Below, in pieces: positions 23,308 through 37,773 of a stretch of 64,000 bases of DNA. Made by a program: the position numbers and the translations under genes. The number at the start of each line of letters is the position of its first letter. The stretch's first letter is position 1. Source of the DNA: Chlorokybus atmophyticus (taxonomy: Eukaryota > Plantae > Mesostigma and Chlorokybus algae); the NCBI GenBank assembly GCA_009103225.1, contig RHPI01002048.1, positions 1 to 64,000 of the forward strand, in the 5' to 3' direction. The notes under the pieces are model-generated. The model was not told the DNA's origin. It did no database searches and worked only from the letters and a program-made list of their open reading frames with translations.

Positions 23308-24306
23308 ATTGCCGACACCAATACGACCACCAACGCCAACACCGACAACACTCCAACCAACAACACTACCTCAAACACCCAAAAACAGCTACTGTAACGC
23401 TGAGAGACTCAAACACAAAGACAAACACACGCAAATAAACAAGCTGCAAGTCCCGTGACTCCAACAACAGCGTCCACGTCGTCCACTTTGCCGCCGCTGC
23501 CTGGCCTACTACTGCTTCAGCCACATCGGCACGAAGCGCTCAGACAGTGCTCGTCGTTTAACGAAAAGCGCCTGCGCGCCGTTAATAGATACGTCCACGG
23601 CTAGCGCGGCGCCGACTTGTGTTGCAGCTTGCTTGACTGCTGCAACACGCTTAACGGCACGCACTGCCCTTTCAGCATTCAAGCCGACCACGAACACAAC
23701 CATGAGACCGCCACATTTGCCGGACAAAGAGCTCTGAAGTTCTGCTGCTATTATGCAACATATAATCAGCGCCGGTTTTTAAGCAGACGTTCAACCGAGG
23801 TGCACCGGATATGCAGCATGTGTTCAGGCTAGCGGCGTAACTTGAGGCCATGTCTGCCGGTGTTGTCGTATCGTGCCATCGCACAAGCGTACACAATTCA
23901 GTGCGCTTGTGCTCAAAAACCCCCGGGAGTCTGCATGCTTGAATGTCATGTTACAGGACTCCTGTTTCTAAGCGAGCTGGGACTGGATTTGGGACCAACG
24001 GTTGCAACCGCCGCGGCGCCAATTACGTGTTCAGAGACGGTAGGGCGCCGTATTTGAGCCATGCAGATACGCTATGAATCACGTGCGTGACGCTTTAGTT
24101 ACGCCGTCCGCTGGTGCATTCAGCAGCTGTGGCGCATGCGGGCGGCGTGGCCTGGTCTGGTCTGGCCTGGTAACCAACCTTTGGTCTGTGCCTGGTGGTT
24201 GCGCCGTTGCGAGCGTGTGTAAGCCTGCGAAAAAGGAAGCAAGCTTTTAATTTAAAGCTGTGAAGCTGTAAAGCTGTGAAGCTTTGGCCTGGTGCTAAAG
24301 CAGCAA

Positions 24307-27300
24307 ATGAGCAGTATGGGTGGTTGGAAGCTGCTGCTGGCGGCCTTGTGGCTGGCAGCATGCTTGGCGGGGTCAGCTTCCGTCCAGGCGGCGAAGGTAC
24401 TGGAAGTGTCCACTGACGCCCTGCCCAGGATTATAGAAAACCACAAGAAGCTTCTCTACGTCGAGTTCTACTCAGCAGGTGTGACCCCCCACTGAGTGCA
24501 GTGGCTAAGTTAGTCAATGTTGGAAGCATGGCACAGATTTGACAAGCTGTGGGGTAAATCATGTTTTTGTTTGCAGATTGTCAGCACTGTCGGACGCTGG
24601 AACCTGTTCTGGAGCAGGCGGCGGACTTGCTGAAGGACAAGGTGACCTTCGTGAAGGTGGACTACAAGGCTGCCGTGCACCTGAACATACGCTACAATGT
24701 CACTCAGACCCCAACTTTGCTACTGTTCAAGTAAGTTTGAGGTTGAGCTTTTCACATGCAGGTTCTTCGACAAGCATTGCTAATGATGCTGTCCTTGGTT
24801 GACAGTCACAACATATTGCTTTGCAAGCACAATGCACTTGTCGTGCATGATGCTACTGCCATACTGATGTTTGATCTGATCTGCATGCAGGAGTGGTCAG
24901 CTGCTGGAACACGCCCGCGAGGACCTGCAGGGGTATAGGTCTGCTTCTGCCATCCAGACCTATTTGGAGATGTAAGCATGGACTGCCGTCTGCCTGTGCG
25001 TGCTTGCATGCGCCTGCATTCAACGTGCCAGTTTTCATTTGCACTGACGTGCAGTGTGTGATGCACTTGTGCACGCATGCAAGCCCGTACCCTCATATGC
25101 ACAAGCAACTACGCTCGCACACAATCTTGTATACGCACGTGGGCACGCACATGCATGAACAGGCACAACAACGTGCACACACACGCGTGGGTTTGTGTGC
25201 AACCGGAAGGGCCACAAGGGGGCTGGAGGCAGTGCGTGTGCTGCGGTCTCTTAGTAAAGCTTGCCTTACAGCAAGAGGCTGAGCTCACCGTCTCTGTGCA
25301 CAGGTTGTTGGGGCCAAGTGTGACAGCATTGAACAGCGCCGCCGAGCTGGAGGATCTGGTGAGCCAGCACGGCATTGTCATCACGGGTGTGTTCCCCAGC
25401 AAGAACTCAACAGGTGGGTAGCACATGCATACCTCAGTGACAGCCAGCTCATGCACGCAAAGCACTTGAGCACTGATCTGCTCGTGGCACGCAGGTTATG
25501 GCATGTTCAGAGATGTGGCAAAGACGCTGCGCCATCACATCAAGTTTGCAGCATGTGCGGATGAAGCCATCGCGCAGAAGCTTGCTGCTGAGTAGGTTGC
25601 TTGCCATGTGCAGCATGCACTTCAAGCCCTTGTCCAGCATGCATGTGATGTTTGCTTCTTCGCATTCACAGGTACATGCTGGATGAAGTGCCCACCATGT
25701 TCGTGGCAAAGAAGAACAATTATGCCGAAGAGTACGACGGCAAGCTGACAAAGCGCACTGAGCTGGAGTCGTGGATCCAAACCAATGCTTTCCCACACGT
25801 GGTGAGTGGGCTTGCAAGTGTGTGCATGTATACACCACTAGTTGGCCATCTGCTATCTGATCTCAGAGCTTATCTCTACTGATAAACACAAAACCTACTC
25901 GTGTATTGAACTGTAACTGACTTGAACAGGGCAATCTGTCCATGGTGACATACTATCGCTACATGGGGCGCAATCTGCCGATGATGTATCTGTTTTATGA
26001 CGTCAACCAACCTGCCGATCTCGAAGAGCCTTTGGCAGAGTTTGAAAAGGCATGCGCGCTGCTCGATGGAGAGTTCAGCTGTGTGACTGTTGAGAGGTGA
26101 GACACGCTGCTGGCTCTTTGTGTGATAACGTTGCTGGTGCTGAGTTTGTTGTGTATGCGCAGACAAGCATCTGAAGCTGACGGGAGACTAATGCTGCGCA
26201 ACACTGGGCTTTCTTTCTTCCAGCTACCAGCGGTCTCTGTACGATCGGCAGACAGGGTGCGTGTGCGTCCATACCTACTGCATGCGCGCTCGACTTATTG
26301 GAGAATTGTGCCATTTGATTTGACATAGTTGTGTACTTTTGGACTCTGCCAGGGACACTCGCGGGCAATGAACCAGCTGGAAAGCTTGACACAGGAGAAC
26401 ATTCTGGAGGTGATCCCGTTGACATGCACATTGGGATCTGTTATGTTATGTGGCGTCCTCGTCTGCAAGTGCACACACCCACACACGCACAGAACCATTG
26501 TTTCCATCTCACCCGCTGTATGCACGCAGTTTGCCCGGGAGTTTCTAGACAAACCCGATGAATCGCGCAACCAGTGCACAGTGTCCACAACCAGCAGGCG
26601 CCAACAGGAGTACACTGAAGAGGAGCTGCAGCGTTATGAGGTAGCCAAGCAGTTGCACTTTCACAGTGGTTAATCTATCACCCAGCTAAGGGAGCATGAA
26701 GTGAATTCCTTTGTCTGCAGGAGTTTGCGCTGGCGGAGAAGACCCGACTGCAGTTCAACGATGATGAGATCCGCGAAGTGGATGAGGTGTCCTTCAAGAA
26801 GGTCCTGAAGACAACTCAGAAGGACGTCCTGATCGTTTACACCGCTCGCTGTAAGCATGCAACCAGCAACCACTGCGCATGGTTGAGTATGATCTGTATA
26901 GAAGTATTTCAGTCCCACCCATTGACACTTGCACTCACAGGGTGCGCATTCGCGGCACAAGTGGAGGACACGCTTCACAAGCTGATGCGTTTGGAGATGT
27001 TCAAAGACCTCATCGACGAGGATGAACTCATGGTTGTGAAGGTAGGCACCCAAAAGCTCATGGAGGCTGTGCTTTCATGAACAGCTACACCTGGGATCTG
27101 CTTCTCATGCTGTCATTTGTCAGGTTTGAAGCATGGCATTGGCATTGACGGTGTACTCCCTGCAGGTTGATGTGGTGCAAACAAGTGTACCGGACTTCCA
27201 CACGCTCAACACGGTGCCAGCTATGAAGTACGTGTCTGCGCGCTTCAAGGACTTCCCCAGCTGGCTGCCCAGCACAACGCTCAACGCGACAGAGGTCGTC

Positions 27301-27568
27301 GAGTTGGTGCGGTCCTACCACAGGTATGTGTGGGTGGGTGGGGGTGGGGGTGGGGGTGGGGGGGGGTTATGGGTGTTGGTGTTGTCAGTTTATGCACACG
27401 GCTGCTAGGCTGCATGATGTTGATGTGCGTATGTTGATGTCAAACAGCATGCGGCACCTGGAGATCCCGGGTGAAGGTCCAAGCCCGTTCACAGTAAAGA
27501 AGCAAGAGGCGCAGAAGCAGAAGCAGTTGATGGATGCTGTCATAGCTGAACAACTAGAGCTAGAATAG
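24307..27568 (+). CDS. Protein disulfide isomerase-family protein (a-b-b'-a') with atypical active sites
   Basis: Signal peptide (KLLLAALWLAACLAGSASVQA), YVEFYSA-DCQHC-RTLEP thioredoxin domain, two redox-inactive Trx-like repeats, and a last Trx domain with WCAFA. Confidence 0.82.
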
Positions 27569-29299
27569 AAGCAAGCATGTACATTAGGACACTATGTTTG
27601 GTCCACAGCAGTTGAGTTACGAATTAGCGTTGTCGCACACACATTCTTTCTATTTATGCCAATCCACCACTGCAAGGCAGCTATCTGGCTTGTGCTTGTA
27701 GTGGTTCCGGATGATAGCCAAGCTTCAACGTGTTGTTGTAATTTGCATCAGTCGCCAGTTTCCACAGGTTTCACTAGTGGCGATTCAGCTAACATTTGCT
27801 GCTGGCAAGTGCATTGCTGCATCTGCGTGCCTGCGAAGGGATGGTAGTGTTCAGTGTTGCAACCTCTAAGATGAGAGGGCTCACAAGATAGAACATATCA
27901 TCATGGGCACAAGAGAGTCCATGGTCACAACGTTGCGACCATGGGGACATCTCGCACACCCTGTTGCGCATTGTTTGTACATACACACCGACCAAGTCAG
28001 ACCCATGTGGGCAGGTAAATACAAACTAACACGTGTGCATGCATGTCTGACGGGGTAGGCGAAGTAGTGGTAGTGTAGTAGTGAAGGTTGTAGTGTACAA
28101 AAACCCGGTGGTTGTTGTACACTGGCAGTGTACAGGATATGCTCGAGGCAGTTGTATAGATGCAACCAGCACACAAGCGCATACTCAAACACATGCAATG
28201 ACGGTCACATGCCAAACCACCGGGCTATTTTGTACTGCTTGTTTCTACTTAGCACGCTACACTATCCTAGACCTCCCCGTGATACATGCACACATGCGTG
28301 TCAATGTTACCTGCCCACACGGGCGCAGCAAACACATGTGTGGAGCGTGTGCTCGCTGCTGCATGCGTGTGTTACACCCATGCATGTGATAGCTCAGGCA
28401 GAACAGTACCATGCTCATTTTATATACCACACAGGTATGTACTAGACGTAAGTGTCGCAGGTAAAAGAGGCCACCTCCTCAAATGAGGTCGATGCAGACG
28501 TGCTAGTTGCACTCGTCTGTGGCACATGTGTGCACTCTTGTGTGTTATGCAGCCCGCCGCCGTTGCCAGTATTTTCAGCGTGCTACTGGTATGCTATACC
28601 AAATTGAGTGGTGAAGCGCATTAAAGCCTTGGTCTCCAACCAACGTTGCTGGGCAATGCGTCGATTTTTGCTTACAGTCAGCTTAAATAGTGCTTTCCAA
28701 ACCACCGGCTTGCCTATGGTGAAGTAGAAGGGCCCAGAGTACAAACCAGATACCAGACAATTATGACCAAAAACTTGTCCCAATGGCCAAAAGCACAGCA
28801 TCGTCCTTGGGTAACAATCATACTACGATACATGGCTCAATGCCAACCCCTAACCCACACGCGACAGTATGACAACCTTTCACAGACCGCACACTGTATA
28901 GGGCACCTAGCAGTGAAGGCCTGCATAACCCACACCTGGACTGTGCCGCTACAGGCCATGATCAGTCATGCGTACTAATTGCGAAGCAGTTAAGAAGGCC
29001 AACAATGTCTCAGTGACATCTTCAGGCCATGCCACTACAGCCTACACGTTGCGAGGGCAAACCTAGCCCAGGATTTGGCTATTGGGAGCTGTTTCGGCCT
29101 GACGTGCTCAAAGAAGCAGCAAACTACACAAATGTTGTTGGTATGATGCATTGCAGGCTGTATTGCCACACAAGCAAGGAAACAAAGACTTTCGTTTATG
29201 CACAAACCGGAACCCGGCGCTGCAACATGACAGCCTGGCAATAACACCATTGAGAGTCAACTGCCACCCGCTCCCCACACCTAATTTGGCAATCGCCGC

Positions 29300-32200
29300 T
29301 CAATCAATCTTCACAGCAGCATAGATTGTACGCACGAACAAGTAGCAGGCGTAGAAGCCAATGGTTCCCGTGAGCACGAAGAACGAGTAGGAGATAATGA
29401 ACATGTAGCCGAAGTACAGGATGCCTGACACCATCTTGTCGATGTCCAGCTTGGTGAAGAAGTAGAAGGCAGCGTACAAGAACAAGTACAGGGCGGACGA
29501 GCCGGAGGTCAGGTACGCGCGCCACCACCAGTGATAATCTTCGGAGCACAGCTGAAAGTAGCACAGCACGATGGTGATCTCGGCGCAAGTGATAATGAGG
29601 ATGAGGAATACAATGAACAGGAAGCCGAAGATGTAATAGAACTGGTGTAGCCAGATGGAGGTGAGGATGAAGAAGAGCTCAATGAACACAGCGCCGAAGG
29701 GGAGGATGCCACCGATCATAATGGAGAACAGCGGCTTCATGTACCACGCCTGCTCGGGTATCTGGCGTGGAATCTTGTTGGTTCGCACGGGGTCTTCCGG
29801 TACGGGCTTCTTAAACCCAAAGTATGAGCCCACAAAGACCAACGGGACGGATATACCAAACCACAAGAACATCAGCGCGAACATGGTACCAAAGGGGATG
29901 GCACCAGAGGACTTCTCAGCCCAGCACACAGCGTTGAGGACGAAGAACACCGCAAACACCACACCGGGGAACATGACGGCTGTCTTCACGGTGTTGTTCT
30001 TCCATTCGGTGCCTTTGAACATCTTGTAGAAGCGGGCCGAGTAGTAGCCAGCAAACAAGCCCATGAAGACGAAGAGTAGCAGCATGGCTGTTGTCAGGCC
30101 GCCGCGGTTGGCCGGGGATAGGAAGCCCAGCAGAGCGAAGACCATTGTGATGACTGCCATACCAAACAGCTGCACGCCAGTGCCGACATATACTGAAAGC
30201 AGTCCTGGTTGCGATGGAGGGCGGAAAACATCACCGTGGACTAGCTTCCAGCCAGTCTCCTCTTGTGCTTCGTCCTGTAGCATGGTGGTGAGCAGCCAGA
30301 CAAAGGGCCTCATACACAATGAGATTGGGCTTCAAGAGACGCTTTCCAACCAGCCTCAAGTCAAAGTCACCAGTGTTACCAGGCTAGATGATTATCGCAA
30401 TCAACTCCCATCAGAGTGTTCTGCATGCATCAATTACCTGCGTCTCCAACTGGTTGTACTTGGAAATGTCACGGTGCAGAGTGCGCATCATAATCATGGC
30501 CACCATTCCCGACAAGAACAGCACAATCATCAAGGAGTTAATGATAGAGAACCAGTGAATCTGGTCGTCTGTCATCAGCAGGTACGTGTCCCAGCGGGAT
30601 GCCCATCTGATGTCGCTAACCTGAACACGCATCAGTACTGGCATCAGAACTGCTCCACAAGGACTTTGTGCTTGTGTGCGTGACCAAGTCAAAGCATGCG
30701 ATGGGTGTGGATGGTTCCCGTTCCCACAACCATCTGTGTACATAACTTGCAGAGTTCTGTTTACAATCACACCTTGAACAGGACATCATAGGTGAAGATG
30801 ACTTCCTCCCCGGTTTCCACTTGCTGTGGGGGCAATCCATGGGTGACATACTGCATGCGTCCAGGGTTGCAGGTGTTCAGGACCGGCTTCTCCATGTCAA
30901 AAGGCGAGTCATACTCATGCTTGACGCTGCAAATGTGACATGTTGGCGAACGAGCATATAACCCGAGCAGTATCTACTGACGAGTAACTGGCACTTAGCA
31001 TGTAGGTACCACATGCTAGTCTTTAAAGCACACCTGAAGGGTTCAACCTCGAAGCCAACAATGCGGGCCTTGTCGGTCAGTGGGTCCTTGTGGTACAAGA
31101 TGGTGAAGCGCAGGTGGTTGTGCAAGAAGTGCTTTTCCGGGCCATTCTCCTGGTAGGAAGCAACACGCAACAACACTTGGTCAACAAATACGGTGGTATA
31201 CGACGATTAATACGAGTACTTGTTTACTGTTGCCATGATATTCCTGACACCGTAAATTAAGCTCAACATGGTCCAACAATACTTCGTGTTCAAGGCCACA
31301 TACTCTTTACATGTATCTGCGTAGATGAATCACACAGCTAGCACTCTTGTGACTAGTCTCAGCTACTGGCGTATAAGCGGCAATGCGCTCTTTCCGTCTA
31401 AATGTTAACATCATGCTCACTAGCAAATGGCACAATGCCAAAAATGACATGCATCAACGCATTGGGTAATACAAGAGCTGAGGACAAGCAGCTTATCAGC
31501 ACATCTGCATCGCTTCTTTGGCCAATGACACAGATCAAAGCCCATCAGCATGTCACACAATACCTCAATGGCAGCCTTGAAACCCACGGGGTAGCCGCGC
31601 TCGTAGGTCTTGATGGGATGGCCATTATCCTCACGCATCTTCACCATGGCCACTGGAAGATTGTCCAAAATCCTACAGACCAAATCAAACACACGGATCA
31701 TCAGTTACGACCACCTGGCGTTTGATTGCAGAAACAGACTTTGAATCGGTGCTTGAAATACGAGCAGACTGCAAGGGGGAGTGACAAGACATAACTCATG
31801 ACCCTGCATGGAACTGATACTGACTGCAATGCAAGTTGCAGCTTACATATTCACACGGTAATCATCATCAATGCGGCTCTGGAAAGCGCTGGCCTGCTGC
31901 TTGCTGAGGGCGTCAATCTTGCATATGTACTTGCATTGCTCATCTTCCCTGATGTCCAGCTGCAAAAGATTGGAAGGCAATCAGTGCTGACGACTTCACT
32001 GGTAAAGATTGCTAGCGACTATCTCCTGCTTAGCAAGCTATCTGATGCAACAGTCCCAGCGATATTCAGTTACGCCACAGCATGCTCCCTTCACGATACG
32101 TACCCAGTACACCGAGTTCTCGATGCGGTCGCCGCGCAGCACCTCTCCGAGGTTCTCTGCTGACTTGTTGATCCTGTCTGGTTTACAAAACGGTAGGCTG

Positions 32201-32842
32201 TAGTAGTCGTACGGCAGTTGCGTCTTGGTGCTCGACAACTTGTTTACTTTCACATTGACCCAATCACCCTGCACAGATTCAACCCCTCGATGAGGTGAAC
32301 AATGCATACACAGGTTACACTAAAGCTGATGCTGTTGCATGGGGTGGGCACCAACAGAATGCATGCTGCTCAGTAAGCAATAGCTTACAGTGTGCTGCAT
32401 TGGCCATACACTACGTAATGTACGGCCAATGCAGCACAGGAATGATGCCAGCTGGCATCATTTGACATGTCAGTCTTGAGCATGTATTGTGCTGTGCCAG
32501 GGGCAAGACGACCACAAGATCGGGAACAACCAACCAATCCTGCAAAGCAACTCGTCAAAATGCTCGCAGTTGCATGGGCACTAACGACTAACAAGCTACA
32601 CAAAGCATGCAGGAAAACCCGCTACGCAAACTGCATATATAAGTAGCACTCAAATGCTTGAGCAGGCAACAAGTACCACACGTAAAGGGGTACAGTGTCA
32701 AATGCATGTTTGAGCAGACAACCCCCCCAAGTCCCACCTTATCAAAATCTAGAGGGGCAACACCAGGCAAGTAAAAGGCGGAGGCAGATGCCAGCAGCAG
32801 CGCCACAACCACGGTCCGTAGCAGCGCGCAGGGGGGCGCCAT
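29300..32842 (-). CDS. TM9SF: Transmembrane 9 superfamily member (EMP70/TMN, TM9SF2/4-like)
   Basis: [82 protein letters not shown], nine TM segments, ending YAAVKID. Confidence 0.97.
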
Positions 32843-35800
32843 CGTCGCCGCCACCTCCGCCGCCTTGCGGCCCTAACCTGCAACCGTAACCACCTCCAAT
32901 GCTCTCAGATCTTGCCTCAAATACAGCACCAACAACCTGCAAGCCACAGCGCTCCGCCTTCACCCGTGTCTACACAGGCCACCTATCTAAGACGTCCACG
33001 TCCCCACCCACGATGACCCCGTCGCCGCCGTCCGGGCCGCCCAAACCCTACAGCTGGCAGGCCTCTGCCCTCGTGCGTGAAAGAACTCTATACAGGGTAA
33101 GAAACTAGTCTTTCTTAACCGAGACCAGAACCGTGACTGTAACCCGACAGATTGTCTTCATACCGATTAGGTGAGCTTGATTAACTAGGTTTTACGCGAG
33201 TGGTTAACCGGATCGGCGGTTGGTTTGACGGGGTTTGCCAACGGCCGCGGCAGCAGTGTTTGTTGAGCGAAGCACAGGTGGGTGGCGATGATATCACGCG
33301 CGCGAAACAAGGGACGGGTGCCAGCGATATCCTTCGCGACGCCGTGGTGCCTGCGGCGTGCGCGGAGGTAAGTCACATCATCGCAATCATGGACCATGAT
33401 GCATGATGCAACCCATGATGGATCAATGTTTAACGGTATGCCGGTACAGTCTAACCTCGATAAGTGCATACCATCGGGAACGCCTCTTCCTATGCACTTA
33501 TCGCGGAGTGCAGTGCAGATGCTGAACGGTGATGTGGATGCAATGTAACACGCAAAACTTACATGCGCACTCTTACCTACGGTCGCCTTCAACATCAGCA
33601 ACATCAAGCCGTTGAAGTCTGTAAGATATGCGCATGTATAGATGTAAGCATTGTCGTCGTCCGTAAGTGCATGCATGGGTAATACATTTAAGGTTTGTGT
33701 GAGATAGAGTTTCACAGATGACATGCGCGAGCAAATGCATTGGACTAATCTGTAACATTTCGTTAATAATGCAAGTTGATGCATTGTTGTTAATAATTGT
33801 ATACATGTTATATGATTATTATGCAATGTATTTTCACATGGCATTGCTCATGTTGAAGTCAATCCATGAACCTATGAACACGCTTTTGTGTAGGGCCGAA
33901 CGTAGGTTTGGGCATGACCAAAGGAACAGAGGACAAGAACTCAGACATTACTGTTATTTCAAGGTTCATATAATCTTATTTTGTTCCGGCAGAACAAAAC
34001 AAGCAATAATTATCAGTGACCGAACGAACCATTGAGGTATTAGACAAAAATATACACAAGATCCGTGAATGAGTTACACATAACATACATAATAAGTTAT
34101 AATTTATCAGCATGATCACATGCAAAACCCAACGTGAAACATCTTATCATTGATGGCACATTTGTTATTAAACATCATGAATTTTAAATCATGTATTTGA
34201 CAATAGTGTGACGCCAAGTCACGAAGCATCACGTGTGACGCATAATCACGCTGTAATGCAACGTGATCATACGTGGTACTGTGGTCATTTAAGGCTCGTT
34301 CCCACCATGCATGCAGAACGAAAGAATCATGTTCTTTGCGACCCTTATTTCGTCCAATATGTTGACCATTAACGTGAGAACGAACAAAGAACGTTTTTTG
34401 TTTTATTCAACATAGTTGTTATGTCGCAGCCCTACTTTGTGTATAACGCTGATGTATCCAAATAACTCCATCGGTTGCCTGCAGCTCATATGCATACACA
34501 TACCATTGTTGATGTGGCGAGCGAGATTTGAACAGTGTACGAAAATAATGGGAAAATGCACTACGATAACTGCTTGTTTGATTTTAAGATTCTACGCATA
34601 CACAATCAGCGTACCGTGCCGTGCCACGTCTCCTCGAAAGCCATGTCACCTCGATACAAACCCTAACACATGTCCACCATGCTGCTACTTATACACACCA
34701 CCGCAACTCCATGCAATGTCTGTTCCTTCTACCCATACAATAGCATGTCTAGCTACATGTGTAGTGAACAGGCTACACAAGGGTGACGATGATAATGCCC
34801 TCCTCCTTGCAGATGTACTTGCTGAGCAGGGTACGATGGTATGTGCCAGTGTCACACGCTCACAACATTAATCTCAGCTAAGGCACCAATTGCATACAAC
34901 ACAAGAAGATGTATTACATTAATGTTATGGCATTTGTAACTGAGTATGGTAACTTGCTGACCAGATAGCTACATCTTTTCAGTCACACTACTCATGCAAT
35001 GAACAAGTCAATGACACATGGCTTAATCTAGCACAACCAACTAGGGAATGCATTAGCCCATGATCAAAGCTACTTGGACAAGTTTGCTCTCCTTCAAGCT
35101 CTGATCCACGCCTTCAAGGATGAGATATTTCGTCTCCATGACCAGCTTTTGACTGCCACATGGATGCCCACTCCTTCCACTAGTCCTTCTCCACTCACAA
35201 CTCCCAAAATAGCCCTTGATTACTCCCATCAAATCTTGGTTACGCTGATGTCCGGTTACATTGGCTGTAACTCACCAAAGACACTTCCCCTCACTCAATA
35301 ACTTCCACATCTACCTTTCCATCACAAACCCTACAGACATTATTGTCTAGATATGTTTCTACAAGCAAATCCAACTACACCATGCCTACAACCAGCCCAT
35401 AATATATTATTGCCCTATAAAGTAGTCATATCCCAAGACAATCCAGCTCAAGTCCTTTACCGGCATGACAACCGCTTTCTATGAGTAAGGTTATTTTTCA
35501 CGACATTGCATTCATGGTAAGCGCGTTTCATCAATTGTGTTGATGCAATTTGATCGTTTTGTATGCAATGTCATAACGATGTTTAATCATGCAAATACAT
35601 ACAAGAATTATTCATCACAGTTCATGACGTTAATTCAAAATGTACATGCGCTTGCGGTCATGTTTATATCAATAAAAACATACAGCAACGTGAGCATTAC
35701 GTTGACTCACAGTGATCCGAGTACTTATAATGTCAAAAAACGTGTTACGTATAATGCATATGCAATATGTATGTATGCATAAAATCAACCCCGTGTGAGA

Positions 35801-36709
35801 TAATCGATTAACATGCATGTTATTTTACGGTACTTTGAGCAAATATTTGTTGAGTACTTGGTGAAATTGAAGTGTTGTGAACTTGTGATAGCGTCTGCAT
35901 CACATGTTGAAAAATGGTGTATTTAAGACATTACGCGTAACTTGATAGATATTGCATTAAGAATAGTGCATTAATTAAACATATTGTTATGGTCACGAAT
36001 GCTAAAGTTGACAAAGTGCAAGCAATCACGCATACACCTGCGACATAAGTTGATACTTAGTATAATTTATTGTAAGTAGATTTGTGCATCATGGCACGCC
36101 TCTCGAAGGGCATATGCTATTTGTTTGTACGTCTTAAGTCAGCATCAAGTTTTATGTAGCTATATCACTCTTAAATGCATGACGCTCGGTGACATAGCGC
36201 ACTGAATGTGCACTGTGTGCAGATAACATCATGATTGGTGTATGCACTGAAGTTTATTGATAGCAAGCACTTACATTTGTGGATTGCAATCTGTGTTGCA
36301 CCAAATAGCCAATGATCGTTAGGCAAAGTGTTTGTACTAGTAGTCTTGTGCTTGCTAGCAACGAAGTTTATTGTTGGCAAGCACGGACATTTCACGAGTG
36401 CAATTTGTGTTGCACATGTCTATCATTAATTTTTAAACAAAGCGTTTGTACTAGTAGTAGTTCAATAGTCACATGCAACAACAGTGGCGCTCTGCTAAGT
36501 TTGCAACACAAATCCTAAGTCTTCGGACTTAGGCTAAAACTTAGGCCCCCATCTTGTTCTCCATGCCTAAGTTACATTTGCAGGAGTTCGTGTATCTCGG
36601 CCATCGCCGGGCAAGTCGCCTACGTGCTGCAGCGTGCACACATGCTATGGCAAATCATGGAGCGATGAGCAGCGGAGCCTGTGGCAGCGATGCCGGGGTA
36701 GCCATCGGT

Positions 36710-36711
<2 letters not shown>

Positions 36712-36798
<87 letters not shown>

Positions 36799-36799
36799 N

Positions 36800-36839
<40 letters not shown>
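36712..36839. repeat. (GA)n microsatellite, about 64 units
   Basis: Seen directly. Confidence 0.97.
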
Positions 36840-36840
<1 letters not shown>

Positions 36841-37462
36841 CCAGTACATGCCAACAATTCAAACGCAATCGCCTGGAGTAACCAGTCTGCAAATGCAACT
36901 GCACATGTTGCCGCACCAGACCAGTTTCCGCCTAAGTCACAGCTATTCAGCTACTCACACACAAAACTACTTGAACCTGTACCTCCGAGAATCTTGGCAC
37001 CATTGCGCTCCAAGAGTTGAATTTTTTTCAAAGACTCAGTCCGGAGCAGAGTCTATGCAGCAGGGCACTTGGGGTATTTGGGACAACCACTTGCTGGACA
37101 ACTCGGGGCGCAACTAGCAGGCCTGACTAGAGCCGTGGAGTTGGTCGTCTGCGACATAGACTTATAGTGATGTCATGTGGGCTGTTTGAACACACTACTA
37201 GGTGCACGTGTGTGTGCGTGTATGCACGCGCGTGTGTGTGCGTGGATGCCCACGCGCGCACGCAGACACACATATGCTCTCGTGAAGCGCGCATGTACGT
37301 TTCAACTCGTATGACAGACACTATGGCTCTCAGATCTCAGACAACGACATCTGTTCGCAGATACCAATAGTTCTTTATAACACTTTCGTCAACCGCCGGC
37401 GATAGCAACTTTTGGAGTCAACCCAACACCACACAACTACCCCTCCCCTCCCACTCCTCCTG

Positions 37463-37505
<43 letters not shown>

Positions 37506-37519
37506 CGCGTGTGTGTGTG
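37463..37519. repeat. (GT)n/(GC)n alternating purine-pyrimidine tract
   Basis: Seen directly. Confidence 0.9.
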
Positions 37520-37773
37520 AGTGCGCTAACATGCCTGCACGTATGCACGGTTGTTGTGCATGAGTGGGCGCATACGCACACATGCGAGCATACATGCACG
37601 CGATTCTGTGTGTGGGTGTGCTTTCGTGCCTGCCTTGCGCGACGAGGCGTTTACACTCACTTGTGCGGAGGAATGCACGTCAGGTGAAGCGCTCGCGGGA
37701 TTGGAACGATGAGCTAAAGAGGTCGTCGACTTAAACACCGCTGCTCCTTTCCGCGAAACACAACATCGTACGC

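Noticed and set aside
23509-23727. 72-aa Ala/Val-rich minus-strand ORF upstream of XDH
   Set aside because: It starts at a non-ATG codon, has no family motif, and lies in the XDH/PDI promoter or 5' UTR region.
33185-33844. 219-aa minus-strand ORF and decayed plus-strand exon-like pieces (GAG|GTAAGT near 33368)
   Set aside because: The minus ORF has non-coding composition. The plus-strand pieces may be a TE or gene relic but cannot be assigned.
34290-34410. TAA|GGCTCGTTCCCACC resembling a PIF/Harbinger terminus with AGAAC repeats
   Set aside because: No inverted partner end or transposase was found in the window.
35074-35460. Possible LINE endonuclease relic
   Set aside because: There is only vague resemblance and no diagnostic catalytic motif.
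36554-37117. 187-aa ORF with ER repeats
   Set aside because: It is a product of the (GA)n microsatellite.
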